Shown: piece by piece, positions 44,540 to 54,541 of the stretch
Layout: each line of letters begins with the position of its first letter
How positions within the stretch are numbered: the first letter of the stretch is position 1
NCBI GenBank assembly: GCA_964653655.1
Contig: CAZZHG010000005.1
Span: 2,631 to 66,630 of the forward strand
Reading direction: 5' to 3'
DNA: 64,000 nucleotides
From: an uncultured Pseudobdellovibrionaceae bacterium
GTDB taxonomy: Bacteria; Bdellovibrionota; FAC87; UBA2466
Notes under the pieces: model-generated
Told to the model about the DNA's origin: nothing
Seen by the model: only the letters and a program-made list of their open reading frames with translations
The model's database searches: none
Translations under genes and position numbers: made by a program

Positions 44540-45391
44540 ATGGGAAAGCCTCGTGTCGGCATTTCCGGTTGGACCTTTCCGGCGTGGCGCGGAACGTTCT
44601 ACCCGAAAGACCTCGTTCAAAAGAAAGAGCTGGAGTACGCAAGCCGCCAGCTCACCTCCATCGAAATCAACGGCACTTTCTATTCCCTTCAGCGGCCGGC
44701 GACGTTTCAGTCCTGGTACGATCAAACTCCCGACGATTTTCAATTCGCGGTAAAGGCGCCTCAGTTCATTACGCACATCCTGCGCCTCAAGGAGCCGGCC
44801 GAGCCGCTCGCCAACTTTTTCGCTTCGGGTCTGCTCAACCTGCGCGAAAAGCTCGGACCCATCCTTTGGCAATTTCCGCCGAACGTGATGCTCAAAGACG
44901 ATCGCTTCGAAAAGTTTTTGAAGCTGCTTCCGTGGGACGCGAAATCGGCATCGAAGCTTGCGAAGAAGCACGGCGAGAAAGTGGAAGGCCGCGCGGTAAC
45001 CAAAGTGGAAGGACAATTCCCGGTTCGCCACGCCTTCGAGTTCCGCCACAAGAGCTTTCTGAACGAAGACTTCCTCGCGACTCTGCGCTCTCACAACGTC
45101 GCTTTCGTCTTTGCCCACGAGGGCGGTGAAAAAACTCCCTACACGGAAGAGCCCACCGCGGACTTCATCTACGCCAGACTCCACGGCGAGGGGAAACCCT
45201 ATGCGAAGGGTTACCCCGATCGCGAAATCGCAAAATGGACCAAGAAAGTAGCGTCCTGGTCCAAATCGGGCCTCGATTGTTACGTTTATTTCAGCAACGA
45301 AGCCAAGCTCCACTCTCCTGCCGGGGCCGCTAAGCTGCTGAGAGCGCTCGGACTGGCCCCCGCTCTCTCCAAAGGCAAGAAGGCCGCCTAA
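44540..45391 (+). CDS. DUF72 (YecE-like) family protein.
   Basis: N-terminal GISGWTFPAWRGTFYP is characteristic of DUF72/UPF0759 proteins. Total length 283 aa. Confidence 0.65.
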   Translation: MGKPRVGISGWTFPAWRGTFYPKDLVQKKELEYASRQLTSIEINGTFYSLQRPATFQSWYDQTPDDFQFAVKAPQFITHILRLKEPAEPLANFFASGLLNLREKLGPILWQFPPNVMLKDDRFEKFLKLLPWDAKSASKLAKKHGEKVEGRAVTKVEGQFPVRHAFEFRHKSFLNEDFLATLRSHNVAFVFAHEGGEKTPYTEEPTADFIYARLHGEGKPYAKGYPDREIAKWTKKVASWSKSGLDCYVYFSNEAKLHSPAGAAKLLRALGLAPALSKGKKAA

Positions 45392-45490
45392 TCTCAGTGG
45401 CCGAGCCCGTTGAACCCAGGAAATCTTGACCTCCCATGCGTTGATCCGACCTATCTATAGGAGTAGAACTAGGGCGAAGGTGTAACGTTC

Positions 45491-46294
45491 ATGAGCTGGC
45501 AGTCTCAGCTGGAAAACCCTCGCGAAGGCCATCACTTCGTGCAGGTGTACAAGACCCAATCGGAGCTTCTCGCTCCACTGCTGCACTATATCGGCACCGG
45601 ATTAAAACGCGGCGAAGGCGTGATCTTAGTCGTAGCCAAGCCTCACCGCGAAGCCCTCTCGATGGCGCTTTCGGGAATGAACTTCGACCTGGAATCGCTC
45701 GCGGCGTCGGGACAACTATCCTTCTTCGATTCCGACGAGATGCTCTCCAAGATTTTTGAAAAGGGCGAGATCAGCCGCGACCGGTTTTTCCTGACGCTGG
45801 ATCCGATCCTGGAGCAGGTCCGCTCGAAGTTCAAAGAAGTACGCGCGTTCGGAGAGATGGTCGACATGCTCTGGAGGGCGGGCAAGCTTTCCGCGGCGAT
45901 GAAGCTCGAGTCCCTCTGGGACGAGCTGATGACGAAGCATTCCTTCTCCCTGCTGTGCGCCTACCAGATGGACAACTTCGCTACGGGCGAAGAGGGCACT
46001 TCGATGAAACAAGTCAGCCGTGCCCATACCCATTTCATTCCGGCAACCGACTACGAGCGGCTCGAGAAATCGGTCGCCACCGCCATCGATGGCGTGCTCG
46101 GCGGAAATCAAGCAAACATGCTTCGCTCAATCGTAGCCGCGCAGAAAGACCGCGAGGCCGCGACCGAGATGCCCCTGTCCCAATGCCTGCTCATGTGGCT
46201 GAAGGAGAACATGCCGGTTATCGCCGACAAAGTCCTGCTTCGTGCCAAAGCCCAATACGAGAGCGACTCCGCTACTCCCGGTTATTACGCCTGA
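45491..46294 (+). CDS. MEDS-domain protein (putative sensory/regulatory).
   Basis: GHHFVQVYKTQSELLAPLLHYIGTGLKRGEGVILVVAKPHREAL matches the MEDS domain N-terminal signature (HxVQFYxxEEL...GL..GE.V...A...HREAL). Confidence 0.6.
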   Translation: MSWQSQLENPREGHHFVQVYKTQSELLAPLLHYIGTGLKRGEGVILVVAKPHREALSMALSGMNFDLESLAASGQLSFFDSDEMLSKIFEKGEISRDRFFLTLDPILEQVRSKFKEVRAFGEMVDMLWRAGKLSAAMKLESLWDELMTKHSFSLLCAYQMDNFATGEEGTSMKQVSRAHTHFIPATDYERLEKSVATAIDGVLGGNQANMLRSIVAAQKDREAATEMPLSQCLLMWLKENMPVIADKVLLRAKAQYESDSATPGYYA

Positions 46295-46381
46295 TAAGGA
46301 AAGTTCTCCGAATCGAGGGCCCCTCGGCCCGGGTCCGCCAAAGGGCCAATCCGAGTTGAGGGGCCCGTCGATTGGTCGGTA

Positions 46382-46522
46382 CTACTCGGCACCAACGGAA
46401 GAGTCCTCTTTCTCAGGCATTTCGGGTCTCGCCGGAGGTTTTTGGAAGCTGGAATCTTTCTTAGAGAGATCCTTTTCTTCCGTGGATTTTTCTTTTCCCA
46501 GTTTTTCGTTTTCCATGCCCAT
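46382..46522 (-). CDS. Small hydrophilic protein (46 aa), hypothetical. It is below the 60-aa cutoff and not in the ORF track.
   Basis: On the minus strand a canonical AAGGAG RBS is followed 7 nt later by ATG GGC ATG GAA AAC..., giving MGMENEKLGKEKSTEEKDLSKKDSSFQKPPARPEMPEKEDSSVGAE. Confidence 0.4.
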   Translation of the reverse strand: MGMENEKLGKEKSTEEKDLSKKDSSFQKPPARPEMPEKEDSSVGAE

Positions 46523-46642
46523 GGTTGTGCTCCTTTGTTGAGCTAGTGGTTTGCAATTTTGATTCCGACCTCGCCGATCTCAGGCGCGAATCTTTCGCCT
46601 GGCATTCCGATTGCACAACTCAACGCAGTACAAGGAGGCCAC

Positions 46643-46804
46643 ATGTTACACACGGTAAAAGATCCGGTCTGCGGCATGGAAATCAAAGGAAAGGACGTTC
46701 AGAACCGAAGTCAGCACGGGGACACGACGTACTATTTTTGCAGCGACATGTGCAAAGACCAGTTCGACAAAAACCCCGAGCGGTTTGCGAAAAAAGCGGC
46801 CTGA
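46643..46804 (+). CDS. YHS/TRASH-domain small protein (53 aa), putative metal-binding.
   Basis: An AGGAGG RBS precedes MLHTVKDPVCGMEIKGKDVQNRSQHGDTTYYFCSDMCKDQFDKNPERF. DPVCGM...YYFCS..C...F is the YHS/TRASH Cys motif. Confidence 0.65.
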   Translation: MLHTVKDPVCGMEIKGKDVQNRSQHGDTTYYFCSDMCKDQFDKNPERFAKKAA

Positions 46805-46830
46805 GAACCTTCGGCTGCTTCATGCCGCAC

Positions 46831-48471
46831 CTACCTTAGAGTCACGGTGATCGGGCAGCTCTTTCCGTTCGGCAGAAAGCCCAAGCTGAGCGAAGAGTGG
46901 CTCGAAGCGGTTCCACTCACGTTGAAGCTCTGCACGAGATTGGAGCCCGTCGGAACGGCGGGACCGGCCGTGATGCCGCTCGCGGGAACCGTACGCGTCA
47001 GAGCCCAGTTGAGGGTCGGCGCGCAGCTAAGAGGAGCGCTCAAGGTGAATCCGCGAAGCAGACATGACAACGCAAAGGTCGTCGAGGTTTGCGCACCGAA
47101 CAGGAACTGGCGCACTCCCGAGCACGCCGTGGGTCCCGGAGGAGGCTGGGGCGGATTCGGGGTCGGAGTGGGCGTCGGGTTAGGACTCGGCGTGGGGGTC
47201 GGCGTGGCCGCGCCTTTCACTTCGTAGCGAACTTTGCACGCAGCCGAGCTGACTCCCTGAGCGTTGATGACTTTGCCCGTGTACTCGAAAATTCCGACGG
47301 TGGAAGTGTCGGCGGCGACCGTGTACCGGCCGTTCTGTAGCGCCACTCGAACGCCCATGAACTCGCCGACAGTGGCATGCCCTTCCGTCACCCGAAGCGT
47401 GGCCGTCGCTTGCTGACGGTGCTGTGCGGGATTCGGGTTTACGGTGATCTCACAGGCCGGAGCGGGCGGCGGTGGAGGCGCGGTCACCACCCTCACCATC
47501 TTCGAGCTGCACGAGGCGCTCATCCCGGTCACGGTGTAGACGTTCGCCAGAAGATGTGTGGGAAGAGGACTGAGCGCTTTAACGGAACCCTGATAGGCGC
47601 CCCGATACGGATCGATTCGGATCACGTCCGGCGCTCCACTAGCCGTGGGTTTGGTCACGGTCGCGTAAGCAATCGGTCCCGTTCCGGAAAGGGTAAAGTT
47701 GATGTCTCCGCCCTGGTTAACGGTGGTCTGCTGAACGGTGATGCTACAGGTGATGGGGTTGCCGCCCGGAAGCGGATCTTCGCAAACTCGCTTGATGGTG
47801 GCTTCGACTTCGGCTTTGTTCCGGCTGATGTCGATGATAGACGCCGCGGGCTGGCCGGCCGAGGTTCCGCTGGTACAAATGACTCCCTGAAGCTTTCCGC
47901 CGGCGAACGCGCCCGCACCCGAATCACCGCCCTTGATTTCCATGTATCGGCCGCCCTGCTGGGTGCTCTTTACGCTGTAGAACGGCCCGCCTCCGGGAGT
48001 GTTGATGAAGTCGAGACTGTCCCGGAAGGACGCGTTCGAAACGTGCGCCCGCCCGTACTCGTTCAATCCGTTACCATTCACGGTGACGCTCGATCCGTTG
48101 GGCAACGGGCTACCGGCAATCTGCGCTACGTCCCCGGCGCCGACGATGTTGCGGTGAATTCTCATCACCACCACGCCGTCCACGGGACCCATGTGGATGA
48201 CTTCACTCTGCGAGATATTTCCGACGATCGAGTTCGGTACCGGGTTCGCGGCTCCCGATGGATCCGTGTACGCCTGTCGCCAGGCGGTTCCGCCCCCGGC
48301 GCAATGTCCGACGGTGAGCACGCAGTTCGCGCGCACGGCGACGGCCGAGCAAATGTCGTTGCCCAGTTTCAGCTGGATTTGATGGGAAGCGGCCGCCTTG
48401 TCTCCGGAAAAGGAAATGGCGACGGCCGAAACGGGAGCGAGAAGCAGCGCGAGGAAGGTGATGGATTTCAA
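46831..48471 (-). CDS. Secreted serine-protease-like (S1-related) protein with a Pro/Thr-rich linker and a C-terminal domain.
   Basis: Signal peptide MKSITFLALLLAPVSAVA. A His motif-like VLTVGHCAGGG and a Ser motif-like KGGDSGAGAF are present. The linker reads PTPTPSPNPTPTPTPNPPQPPPGPT. Confidence 0.55.
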   Translation of the reverse strand: MKSITFLALLLAPVSAVAISFSGDKAAASHQIQLKLGNDICSAVAVRANCVLTVGHCAGGGTAWRQAYTDPSGAANPVPNSIVGNISQSEVIHMGPVDGVVVMRIHRNIVGAGDVAQIAGSPLPNGSSVTVNGNGLNEYGRAHVSNASFRDSLDFINTPGGGPFYSVKSTQQGGRYMEIKGGDSGAGAFAGGKLQGVICTSGTSAGQPAASIIDISRNKAEVEATIKRVCEDPLPGGNPITCSITVQQTTVNQGGDINFTLSGTGPIAYATVTKPTASGAPDVIRIDPYRGAYQGSVKALSPLPTHLLANVYTVTGMSASCSSKMVRVVTAPPPPPAPACEITVNPNPAQHRQQATATLRVTEGHATVGEFMGVRVALQNGRYTVAADTSTVGIFEYTGKVINAQGVSSAACKVRYEVKGAATPTPTPSPNPTPTPTPNPPQPPPGPTACSGVRQFLFGAQTSTTFALSCLLRGFTLSAPLSCAPTLNWALTRTVPASGITAGPAVPTGSNLVQSFNVSGTASSHSSLSLGFLPNGKSCPITVTLR

Positions 48472-48589
48472 GCAGGCCTCCAGGGGAAGAGGATTTCTTT
48501 GACCCTTTCAGTATGGGACCGGAAGGCTACCGGACGGTTACAGCGGCGTAAGCGTCACGAAAACAAGGGGAAAAGAGGTAAGATGCCTC

Positions 48590-49297
48590 ATGATCGTGGA
48601 AGCCCTTATAAAAGACATCCGCCCGACCCAGATGGAAATAGGCACGGCCCACGTCACCTACTCCGTGGGGAAAGTACGGGAGCGAGGCCATCTTTCCCGC
48701 GCCCTTCCCGGCGTGATCGGCCCGGACGGCGACTACTACATTAGCGATGGGCACCACTGGGCGAGTGCCGCTCAAGCGATGGGCTTTAAAAGCCTTCGCA
48801 TCGAGGTACGCGCCGATTTTTCGGGTAAGGGCTGGGAGGAGTTCGCGAAATATCTGCACGAGCACGGCGTGGGCTATTTCACCCCGGAAGTTCGCAACCG
48901 CTTCGGGCTTACCGAGCTGTATCGGACGCAGTTACCAAAGAGCCTGAGCGAAATGCGGGACAATCCGGGCCGATCGATAGTCGGAATCGCCTTGGAAGAG
49001 CTGCCCCTCGTGGCGGAAGAAGCACTGAGGGATTACATCGAGTTCTCGCTCGCCGAGGAGTTCGAAGCGAACTTTCGAAAGCAGGGAGTCGACTTCGAAA
49101 AGCCCATCACCGACGAAGCCATCGAAAAGGCAAAGCGAGTGATTGCCACGGATGAGGATATCTTGGCCTACCTGGGAAAGAATCTGCGACCCGACCTCGA
49201 TCAGAAGAAAGCGGCCGAGGCCACCTTCGGGCCCATCAACCGTTATCGATCGGCTCTGGGTCTCGGGCGGATGACCCTCACCGCCACTCCGGAATAG
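48590..49297 (+). CDS. ParB/sulfiredoxin-like nuclease-domain protein.
   Basis: N-terminal IKDIRPTQ and DYYISDGHHW match the ParB/Srx DGHHR-type motif with Arg changed to Trp. Total length 235 aa. Confidence 0.5.
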   Translation: MIVEALIKDIRPTQMEIGTAHVTYSVGKVRERGHLSRALPGVIGPDGDYYISDGHHWASAAQAMGFKSLRIEVRADFSGKGWEEFAKYLHEHGVGYFTPEVRNRFGLTELYRTQLPKSLSEMRDNPGRSIVGIALEELPLVAEEALRDYIEFSLAEEFEANFRKQGVDFEKPITDEAIEKAKRVIATDEDILAYLGKNLRPDLDQKKAAEATFGPINRYRSALGLGRMTLTATPE

Positions 49298-51270
49298 GGA
49301 CAATCGTTCTTCGCGAACAGTTCGCGCCGCTCGCCGTTGGGCGGGTCGACGATGGCCACTTCGGGTGCCGTTCCTTCAAGTCCGCTCTCATTGAGGATGA
49401 CGGCGTAGTCGCCGAGAATATGGAGGACTTCTCTAGTATAAGGATCGTTGCCGAACGTCAGATTCGTGCCGGTGCTCAACTCTTGCTTGCCCATCGCACC
49501 GAGCTTACTCAGCTCCTCCCCCGGCAAGGAGGTGCCGCTGGAGGAAACCGTAGCCGAGAGCTTCAAAAAATCCGCAATCTGGGAGTTCAGGGCGGCAAGC
49601 ACCGGATCGGCGCTCACTCGCGCCGCGTGGCGATCGCGCAGCGCCTTCAGAAATTCGGGCGTTACATGGGTGCTTTTTCCCACGTTGACCACAGGCGTGA
49701 TGTCTTCAAACTGCAGGGGATTGGGGAGCGAATGCTCGCCGACCTTCGCTTGGTCCCAACCGGAAGAAAAGACCACGTCCGACTCCACTCCGCCGTGCTG
49801 GGTGGTTTTGCCCTTGGGCCTGAAGAAACCCTGAACCGTTAGTTTCGCGACGCCGAGCTTCTCCCCTTCAAGGACGTAAACCTGCTGAACGCTGCCCTTT
49901 CCGAACGTTCTGGAATCCCCCACGATGATACCGCGGCCGTAATCCTGTACGGCGCCGGCCAAAATTTCGGAAGAGCTGGCGCTTCTCTTGTCGACGAGAA
50001 CCACGAGGGGACCGTTGTAAATCTGATTGAGCTGAGAAACGTAGGCATTTCCGATTTTGTCGCCCGCGAAGTCCGTGACCTGGACCGCCGGAACCTTGCC
50101 GTGCAGAAGGCCGATCAGATGAACCACTTCATCGATGGACCCGCCACCATTGCCTCGCTGGTCGATGATAATCCCGGCGACGCCCTTCCCTGATACGGCA
50201 AGCGACTCGATGGCCTTGTAGACATCCTTCGCCATGGAAACCTTGTGATCCGGATCCGAATAATAGCTAGGGATGTCGATAATCGCGATGGGCAGCGCCT
50301 CGCCTTCGATCGGCAGCTCGGCAATGTGTATCTTCACTCGGTCCTCTCCGAGACTGATGTGCTCGCGGGGCACCTGGATGATGTTGGGGGGCACTCCCTC
50401 CTGGGAGGAAACTTTGAGATAGACCGTCGTGCCGGCCGCTCCTTTCAAGAGCTGACTCGCCTTCTCATAGGGCACTTTATCGAAATCGACGTAGTTCACC
50501 CCGTCCTCGGAAGCGCCGACTATTCGGTGACCTGCCTGCAGGGTTCCTTCCTTTGCGGCGCCGCCTCCGGGCATTACGGACTTGATCTCGATCCCGCCCT
50601 TTCCCGGCGCGATGGTGACCCCGATGCCGTCGAATCCGCTATTGATGGCCATCTTCCAACCCTCATACGTGTCCTCGGACATATAGGAGGAATGCGGATC
50701 GAGGGCGATGGCCGCCGAATCGAGGTAAACCTCGGTAACTTGCCCGGTCGATGCTTTGGTCGTCCACTCCAATCCGCGCTTGAGATCGTCCCTCAAAATC
50801 TTGATCGCCTCCGCACGGGGCATTCCGCTCTTCACGCGGATCTCGAGATCTTCCCGCACGAATTTCTCGAGCGACGAATTCCCCGTGGGCGCCTCGCCTT
50901 TCTCAAGCAGCTCGACCACGGGAGGAATCTTTTCCCGCTTTCTTTGTAGAAGCCTATGAAACATGTCCCAGGCGGAGGAAAATTTGCCGGCCTTTATTTC
51001 ATCGCCGTGACGAGCTTCGTACTTCAGGAACTCCACCTTGTCCTGTTCGGTCAGATAGATCGAATCGGGGTCGAGCGAAGCTAGATAGTTGGCGTGAATG
51101 CGATAGGACACCGTGGAAAGCGGGACCTCCAGAAAGTGCTCGGACTCGACGGCCTTCGAAAACTCGATGGCGGCTTGCTGATCTTGAGCGGTGGGCGAGC
51201 CGAGCTCGGCCCGGCCGGCCGCGCATGCGACCAGTAGAAGGAGGGCAAACTTTTTCAGCTCCAAACGCAT
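49243..51270 (-). CDS. Periplasmic C-terminal processing (tail-specific) peptidase, S41 family, with a PDZ domain.
   Basis: Signal peptide MRLELKKFALLLLVACAAGRA. IIDQRGNGGGSIDEVVHLIGLL matches the S41 catalytic-Ser region, and a PDZ-like segment lies upstream. Confidence 0.75.
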   Translation of the reverse strand: MRLELKKFALLLLVACAAGRAELGSPTAQDQQAAIEFSKAVESEHFLEVPLSTVSYRIHANYLASLDPDSIYLTEQDKVEFLKYEARHGDEIKAGKFSSAWDMFHRLLQRKREKIPPVVELLEKGEAPTGNSSLEKFVREDLEIRVKSGMPRAEAIKILRDDLKRGLEWTTKASTGQVTEVYLDSAAIALDPHSSYMSEDTYEGWKMAINSGFDGIGVTIAPGKGGIEIKSVMPGGGAAKEGTLQAGHRIVGASEDGVNYVDFDKVPYEKASQLLKGAAGTTVYLKVSSQEGVPPNIIQVPREHISLGEDRVKIHIAELPIEGEALPIAIIDIPSYYSDPDHKVSMAKDVYKAIESLAVSGKGVAGIIIDQRGNGGGSIDEVVHLIGLLHGKVPAVQVTDFAGDKIGNAYVSQLNQIYNGPLVVLVDKRSASSSEILAGAVQDYGRGIIVGDSRTFGKGSVQQVYVLEGEKLGVAKLTVQGFFRPKGKTTQHGGVESDVVFSSGWDQAKVGEHSLPNPLQFEDITPVVNVGKSTHVTPEFLKALRDRHAARVSADPVLAALNSQIADFLKLSATVSSSGTSLPGEELSKLGAMGKQELSTGTNLTFGNDPYTREVLHILGDYAVILNESGLEGTAPEVAIVDPPNGERRELFAKNDCPYSGVAVRVIRPRPRADR

Positions 51271-51403
51271 TTAGCCGCACCACCGACCGTCATTTAGGGC
51301 ACAACCTTAGAAGGGTACGTGAGCACGAATGGAATACAGAAGCGTTAAAGGAAGCGGCTGGAACGGCCTAATTTCAGTTACTTAATCTTACTCGTTAGGA
51401 CAA

Positions 51404-52489
51404 TTGACGAGTCCCCCGCCGCGGTCTTTCCTTAGCGCCTTCATGGGTTTCTGGCTTTCGGCTTTTTTGGTTTCCGGCACTCTGGGGCTTATCCTCGTGG
51501 CCGCCCTCTTTACTCAGACGGAAAATCGTCTGCCGAACCGGCTTTTGGCCGTGGTCGTTCTGCTCGCCCTACTCAACCAAGCGGTCGCCCTCCCGAGCCG
51601 CCTGCAGGGAGTGGATCCTTTCGAATGGATTCAGCTCGGTTTGGACTATCCGTTCGTGCTCCTTATAGCGCCGCTTCTCTATCTCTATATCGTATGCCTC
51701 ACCACCCGCGAGTTCTGTCTGAACCGTTCGCACTTAAAGCATCTGATTCCATTTTTCGTGGGAACGATTTGGACGGTCATTGTGCTGTCGTTGCGGCCCG
51801 CCACCTTCGAGTGGGAGCCCTATGCCCGCCACCTCTATCGGCTTTGCGTCGGCGGTTACTACGTCTACCTCGCCGAGAAGCAGGTAACCGAGTACGAGGC
51901 GCGCCTCCAAGAAGTAACGGCGAGCTCGCTCAAGGTGACTTGGCTAAAGTTGTTGTTACTTGCCGCCTTGGCGGCGTGGATTCTCAATGCCGGTCAGATC
52001 ATAACTGGTTTTCCGCTGGCACTGTCTCAAGCCCGAACGCTGCTTGTCACCCTGACTTTGTTCGCGATCGGATTCTTTGCCTTGCGCTATTCGGCGGTCT
52101 TTGCCGAGGCACGAGGGCTTTCCACTCGCTCGACTAAGTTTTCCCCGGAGGACTTGAAGGGAAACGCCAAGCTCCTGACCGCCATTCTCGAAAGCGAGAA
52201 ACTCTACCTGGATCCCGAGCTTCGTTTGAGCACTCTGGCCGAGCGCATGAAGCTGCGTCCCGACGAGGTCAGCGAAGTTCTTCGCGATGGCGTCGGAATG
52301 ACTTTCTTCAACCTGATAAATCGATACCGGGTCCGCGAGGCGGAGCATCGCCTTCGCGATTCCAGTCTGGCTCACCTGAGCATCCTGGGCATCGCGATGG
52401 ATTGCGGCTTCAACTCGAAGTCTTCCTTCGCTGAGGCCTTCAAGAAGTGGAACGGCAAAACCCCGTCCGAGTACCGTCAGGGCAGGTAG
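51404..52489 (+). CDS. AraC-family transcriptional regulator with an N-terminal polytopic membrane domain.
   Basis: About seven TM helices in the first roughly 230 aa. The C-terminal AraC HTH pair reads TLAERMKLRPDEVSEVL...ILGIAMDCGFNSKSSFAEAFKKWNGKTPSEYR. Confidence 0.75.
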   Translation: MTSPPPRSFLSAFMGFWLSAFLVSGTLGLILVAALFTQTENRLPNRLLAVVVLLALLNQAVALPSRLQGVDPFEWIQLGLDYPFVLLIAPLLYLYIVCLTTREFCLNRSHLKHLIPFFVGTIWTVIVLSLRPATFEWEPYARHLYRLCVGGYYVYLAEKQVTEYEARLQEVTASSLKVTWLKLLLLAALAAWILNAGQIITGFPLALSQARTLLVTLTLFAIGFFALRYSAVFAEARGLSTRSTKFSPEDLKGNAKLLTAILESEKLYLDPELRLSTLAERMKLRPDEVSEVLRDGVGMTFFNLINRYRVREAEHRLRDSSLAHLSILGIAMDCGFNSKSSFAEAFKKWNGKTPSEYRQGR

Positions 52490-52863
52490 TTCGCGAGCAC
52501 TATCTCGATGCTTTGGACGAACTCGCTCTTTGTCAGCACGACGGTCGCTCCCAGCAAATAGACTTCCTCCGCCGTCATCGGCGATCCATACAGCCCGTTG
52601 AATAGGATAAGGACGGGCAGATTCACGAGTGATTCGTCTTTGCGGATGGCTTTCAGAAGTTCGACGCCGTTGAGCCCCGGCATGTTCGTATCGGTGACGA
52701 CGAGGCCAACGTCGCCTTTCTTGATGAGGGAAAGCGCGGTCTCCGGCTTGGAGCAAAGCGCCAGCCTCGCTTTCGGAATCACCGCGGCGATGTAGTCTAG
52801 CCAGGCGGGATCGTCGTCGACAACCAGAGCCTTGAGCGGTTTTGTGTCGCCCCTCTTCTTCAT
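52477..52863 (-). CDS. Single-domain response regulator (CheY-like receiver).
   Basis: Internal Met with a GGGAGG RBS. LKALVVDDD, the phospho-acceptor context LVVTDTNMPGLNG, and a conserved K near the C-terminus are present. Total length about 128 aa. Confidence 0.75.
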   Translation of the reverse strand: MKKRGDTKPLKALVVDDDPAWLDYIAAVIPKARLALCSKPETALSLIKKGDVGLVVTDTNMPGLNGVELLKAIRKDESLVNLPVLILFNGLYGSPMTAEEVYLLGATVVLTKSEFVQSIEIVLANYLP

Positions 52864-52936
52864 GGAACCTCCCGTGGGGAGTTCCAGAATGAAGAAATTC
52901 GCTACGAATCTCGTCCGCCTGAAAAAAGTCGGACGC

Positions 52937-53923
52937 CTAAATCGGTGGGTTGGCTCCGAAGGCAATTCGCGCCAATTGATTCCGGAACGCGTCGGTCACG
53001 GAATCCTGCTGAACATGGAGTACCATCACCGGCAACCGGCTCTGACGCATAACCTGCCTCGCGAAACTTCCGAGCATTGCGGCACCAACCGGCCCCCGCT
53101 TCGAGGCCATGGCGATGATGGTGTCCTTGCCAAGCTCCCCGACCAGCCTGAGCAGGGCGGGAACCGGTCGGCCGAACGTCATGTCCAGCACCAGCCGAAT
53201 TTCCACGCCTTCCTTGCGTGCCTGTTCCATCCAGGCCTCCGATTCGATTCGAAGGCTTTCCTCGAGTTGCGAGACTGGATTCTGCGGATCGGTGGGAGAT
53301 ACGTTGCCGATCTCGGGATAGAGGCGGTTCATTTTGTGAAAGAGAGTGATGGAGGCGTTCGTTTCGGCCGCGAGCTGGACCGCTTTGTCGAAGGCGTCTT
53401 TCGACACTTCACTGAAGTCCGTCGGAAAGCAGATCTTCTTCAGCCCCCTCGGACGGGCCGCTTTCGGATTGACCACCAGAACGGGAATGGGGCTGCGTGA
53501 AGCGAGACTTTCGGCGAAACTCCCCAGTATCATCCGGGCCGGCCCGCGCCTTGCGTGGGAGGTAAGGACGATTCCGTCGGCACCTTCGTGAAGCGCGAAA
53601 CGAAGAAGCTCATTCACCCCGTCGTTCACCGACGCGGAAGCCTGGCGGAGGAAACGCGGAGGGAGCACTCCCAGAGTATTTCCCTGAACCAAAAGCTCCC
53701 GAAGATTCAGCTCGGCGGCGGTCGCCAAAGCGTGCCACTCCTCGAGAAATTGCCTGGTGCGTCCGTCGTACTTTCCGAGGGGCAGACAACTGACCGGCTG
53801 AATCGTCAGAAAGGTCTTCGTGTGAAGGCCCTTCAGATGCTCCACCGCCCGCCATTGAGTGACGGGTTGATCGTGAAAGGCATCCACCGCCCAGATCCAT
53901 TTTTTGGAACTTTTCGCTTCCAT
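52937..53923 (-). CDS. Tandem universal stress protein (2x UspA domains).
   Basis: 328 aa with two Usp-like halves. Each ends in the ATP-binding G-x2-G-x9-G(S/T)-type motif region (ILGSFAESLASRSPIPVLVV and MLGSFARQVMRQSRLPVMVL). Confidence 0.7.
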   Translation of the reverse strand: MEAKSSKKWIWAVDAFHDQPVTQWRAVEHLKGLHTKTFLTIQPVSCLPLGKYDGRTRQFLEEWHALATAAELNLRELLVQGNTLGVLPPRFLRQASASVNDGVNELLRFALHEGADGIVLTSHARRGPARMILGSFAESLASRSPIPVLVVNPKAARPRGLKKICFPTDFSEVSKDAFDKAVQLAAETNASITLFHKMNRLYPEIGNVSPTDPQNPVSQLEESLRIESEAWMEQARKEGVEIRLVLDMTFGRPVPALLRLVGELGKDTIIAMASKRGPVGAAMLGSFARQVMRQSRLPVMVLHVQQDSVTDAFRNQLARIAFGANPPI

Positions 53924-53942
53924 ACTCGTTCGAGCCCCCTCT

Positions 53943-54413
53943 TCATTCCGGTACTTTATGGCCAGCCGAGCCGGCCCACACCGGAGCCCCGGTCAGCTCC
54001 CGCAAAATTACTTTTCGATCTCTCCACCTGATCTCTTGGGCGACGATGGCGGGCTTTCCTTCCCAGCGGATCGTCACGCCCACCACCACCACCGGCTCGC
54101 CTTTAGTGAACAGGAGATCTCTTTCCATGACGAACCACTTCGGTCCGACATGAACTCCCATCTCTCCTTTTTCTCCACGCAGGCGGAGCTGAAGACCAGG
54201 CTCCACCGCATTCAGAGGCATCAGATCTTCCGTGCGAAGGACTTTTCCCTCGAAGGTGGCTCGAGTCCCTTTTTCGTAGAGCTCCTGGTATCGGCCTCCG
54301 GTGCCCCAAGCCCCGCTCGTTTGCTTGGCCGCGGACGGCTCGCTTTCCGCCCGTACGGTCATCAGGACCAACAGGGCGAAAACGGCAACGCCGGGACGCA
54401 GGAACTTTTTCAA
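53943..54413 (-). CDS. Secreted hypothetical protein (156 aa).
   Basis: Signal peptide MKKFLRPGVAVFALLVLMTVRA. Confidence 0.55.
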   Translation of the reverse strand: MKKFLRPGVAVFALLVLMTVRAESEPSAAKQTSGAWGTGGRYQELYEKGTRATFEGKVLRTEDLMPLNAVEPGLQLRLRGEKGEMGVHVGPKWFVMERDLLFTKGEPVVVVGVTIRWEGKPAIVAQEIRWRDRKVILRELTGAPVWAGSAGHKVPE

Positions 54414-54541
54414 GAAGGCCTCCTCTGAATCGGGTCTACGGCAACAGATTGCAAATCCAGAGCCAGCGAAACCACGGCCTTTTTGACCGGAATGGCCCCG
54501 AAATGGGACGAATCACCATCCGGACGAGACATTTTGTCGCC

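Noticed and set aside
47377-48744. 455-aa plus-strand ORF.
   Set aside because: Gly/Arg-rich product antisense to the signal-peptide-bearing S1-like gene 46831..48471.
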